A stretch of DNA of 64,000 nucleotides, taken from the NCBI RefSeq assembly GCF_000143415.4, contig NW_003314369.1, positions 248,001 through 312,000 on the forward strand, in the 5' to 3' direction. Below, one piece after another: positions 61,700 through 64,000 of this stretch. This stretch comes from Selaginella moellendorffii. Taxonomy: Eukaryota > Plantae > Lycopodiophyta. The position numbers and the translations under genes are program-made. Each line of letters opens with the position of its first letter. The first letter of the stretch is position 1. The notes under the pieces were generated by a model. The model did no database searches and was not told the origin of the DNA. It was given only the letters and a program-made list of their open reading frames with translations.

Positions 61700-62320
61700 T
61701 CTGTTTAGACCGCCATAACAGTTCAAATGCAAGGCAGCGTAAGCTTCTCATGTTGCTCCCAAAGCTCGCCACAACGGTCTTCCAAGGCAGAAAAAGAAGG
61801 CCAAGTCCCTGTTTGCACCAGGGATTCCTTTGGTGGTGCAATAGTCGAAGATGGATTGGTACCAAGCACCAGAGCCCACACACCAGAAGTTGCTCTTCCG
61901 AGAACTCACCTCAATAGCATAAATCCTGAAGGCCACCATGCGGTTTCAACTCCAACACCTTGAGGCGATCACCAGCAACACCATCCGAAGGCAAGCGCCG
62001 TATAGCAGTCCCTAAGGCTTCCTACCACACAAATCCCTGTAGCATGCCGGATAGCCAATCGACTCAAAGCTTATTCCGTGCTGTTGCAAGGATCTAGCTA
62101 GGGCTTGAGATAATCTCCTAGAGCATCAACGCTGGCTAGCAGCCATTTGCAGTTTCCTCCCCAATGATCCAATTGGCCAAGGGAATCCACCTTCCATGCA
62201 CGAGACAGCAGAGACCGGTGCCCCGAACTTCGGGTAATCTCTATCCCAGACCAAGAATGCGGACTCGACTCACATTGTCGCTCGGCTCGGCGTCCTCCAT
62301 GAACTCGAGGGCAAGCTCGC
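61700..62320 (-). pseudogene. Decayed paralog of the CR-like NTPase-REase gene
   Basis: ttggtaccaagcaccagagcccaca matches 63698-63722. Translated remnants LGRPLWRA and SIGYP, with stops and deletions. Confidence 0.7.
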
Positions 62321-62535
62321 CGTCACGCGGCCCGTACTATAAACCCCGTATCCAGATCGATCCGGACAATCACGTGATCATTGGTACGTGCCGTACCGTT
62401 GGTCCCAATGACGGAACGAATCAATCAATCCCTTGGTGTGGAGGACACAAAGACGCTATCCAACAATTTCATTTCATATATTGCCCTTGTCATCGACGAA
62501 AGCGTTCCATGAGTAATCTGTCTCCGCCAACAAAA

Positions 62536-64000
62536 CTACAGATAAGTCAGCGGAAGCATGCGTCTCACAATGCGCTGCTCCCCATCGGTCATGTGGAGCA
62601 AGTATTCAGCGCTCCCAACTTTCAACACATCTAGCAGTTTGTCGGCAGTGGCTTGGGTGAGAAACGGAAACAACTCGGAAGATAGCCCATACACGACTAT
62701 GGTCCGGTTGGCAGCACCTTCAACAACGATACGATGCTCAGGGGAGCCGAGCTGTAAAATGATACCGAGCATAAAGTTCACTCCACCAACACCAGCCTCG
62801 AGCTTTCCAACCGCTCTCCTCATCTTTGTGGAGTTGTTGCTTTCCCAGCGCTTCGCCTGAATCCCAATTGGACCGCCAGTGCTTGGGACAATGTTGTCCA
62901 CGGCTTCCTGTCCAGGCTTGCACGTCAGCGCTCGAATGTGCTGCAGGCACTCGTTGATCAGGCCGCGCTCCAAGTTCCTATAAGTTGGCGAGAAGCCGTT
63001 GAAGTTGAGCCCCGCATCAAGGTCCACTGTGCCGGCTAGACCGTGAGGAACTTTTCCCAGCAGTTTTGACAGGAATGCTCCCAGCTTTATCTCTCCCGTG
63101 AACGTGGCATCGCCCGTGTCCCTGCGACACGCTAGCATCGCCAGTAGCAGCAGTAACCTGGTGACAATTTCCCCGCGGGGGCCCCCTGTTACCACTCCTT
63201 CCTTGCACATCTTGGAGAGCTCGCCGAGGACTTCGTTTAGTGTCACCTCCTGAAGCAAAAACCCTGCTGCGGCCGCCGCAAGAACAGGTTCTGCGGCATT
63301 CGAGACATGAAGCCGTCGCCGGTCGTCAGAAATCCAGCAAGCTGTCATCATGTGAGAAGCCACACTCGTCTCCGCTGCTTCGGACCATGACGCAACATCC
63401 AGGCCGATGGTACAGCCGAGAATAGCAATCACGGTTGCATCTGTTACTCCGCCAGAACAGTTGAGCTTGTCCACTGCAAGTAAACGTAAGCCCTTGAAAG
63501 TGTACCCTTTGTCCATAAAAGCTCGCCACAGGGGTCTTCCTAGGCGGAAGACGCTTTCTGGGGATCCGGACGAGAGATCCCCAGGCACAGCAGCAGTGGC
63601 CGTTAGCCAAAACGGCTTGAACAGTTTATAGTCTCGAGCCCGCACCTTTCTGGTGGGATCCATCGCCTTGGATGGCACGAAGTCCAATAGTCGCGAATTG
63701 GTACCAAGTACTAGAGCCCACAGACCAAACTCTGCTTTACCCAGGACCCGCCTCAGCAGTGTAAATGCCGTATCCATGCCACCCTCCAGTTCCAGCTCCG
63801 CCAGCTCGCTAGCCTCGTCAAAACAAAACAGGACCTTGAGGCGTTGATCCGGTCGTTGCGCAATACCATCGAAAGCAATACCATCCAAAGGCAAGTCTCG
63901 GAGAGCAGTCTTTAATGCTTCCCCAACAGCATTGTATGTGTGAGACTCTCTACTGAGGTACTCTGTCGTGCGTCTTTCAAACGTCCTGGGCAAAGCAGCA
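62536..64000 (-). CDS. Intronless Crinkler/CR-effector-like P-loop NTPase + PD-(D/E)xK-fold protein; 5' end outside the window
   Basis: At least 485 aa open. Walker-B-like VLFCFDEA, LGRPLW, ASHM, EPVLA, GPRGE, then AVDNIVP...IQAK (D...QxK). Confidence 0.7.
   Translation of the reverse strand, partial: AALPRTFERRTTEYLSRESHTYNAVGEALKTALRDLPLDGIAFDGIAQRPDQRLKVLFCFDEASELAELELEGGMDTAFTLLRRVLGKAEFGLWALVLGTNSRLLDFVPSKAMDPTRKVRARDYKLFKPFWLTATAAVPGDLSSGSPESVFRLGRPLWRAFMDKGYTFKGLRLLAVDKLNCSGGVTDATVIAILGCTIGLDVASWSEAAETSVASHMMTACWISDDRRRLHVSNAAEPVLAAAAAGFLLQEVTLNEVLGELSKMCKEGVVTGGPRGEIVTRLLLLLAMLACRRDTGDATFTGEIKLGAFLSKLLGKVPHGLAGTVDLDAGLNFNGFSPTYRNLERGLINECLQHIRALTCKPGQEAVDNIVPSTGGPIGIQAKRWESNNSTKMRRAVGKLEAGVGGVNFMLGIILQLGSPEHRIVVEGAANRTIVVYGLSSELFPFLTQATADKLLDVLKVGSAEYLLHMTDGEQRIVRRMLPLTYL

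Overview
Plant nuclear DNA with very short GT-AG introns (~45-90 nt) and tight gene spacing. The style suggests a compact lycophyte genome such as Selaginella, but that is inference. 1-17 kb is gene-dense: two receptor-like kinases, DUF3511, DUF1664, organellar RPL27 and RPL9, an ICU11/CP-type 2OG-dioxygenase, a small coiled-coil gene, a secreted NHKPGH-repeat/Gly-rich protein and a subtilase lacking its PA domain. 17-36 kb is accessory. It holds an apparently intact WWE + PARP-like ADP-ribosyltransferase gene with two deletion-collapsed copies, PPR/SRPK/WEE1 remnants, a RING gene, an intronless APH-type phosphotransferase, a small Cys/His ORF, a signal peptidase I, a CTD phosphatase and a TRIM. 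36.4-59.1 kb is a nested retrotransposon cluster: an old Ty3/Gypsy element carrying a TRIM, a solo LTR, an RT-less LINE and a younger non-autonomous relative. The window ends in an intronless Crinkler-effector-like NTPase + restriction-endonuclease-fold gene with a decayed paralog. The best candidates for novel biology are the WWE-ART family, the NHKPGH polyprotein next to the PA-less subtilase, and the CR-like and APH-like genes. All exon joins and alignments were made by eye.
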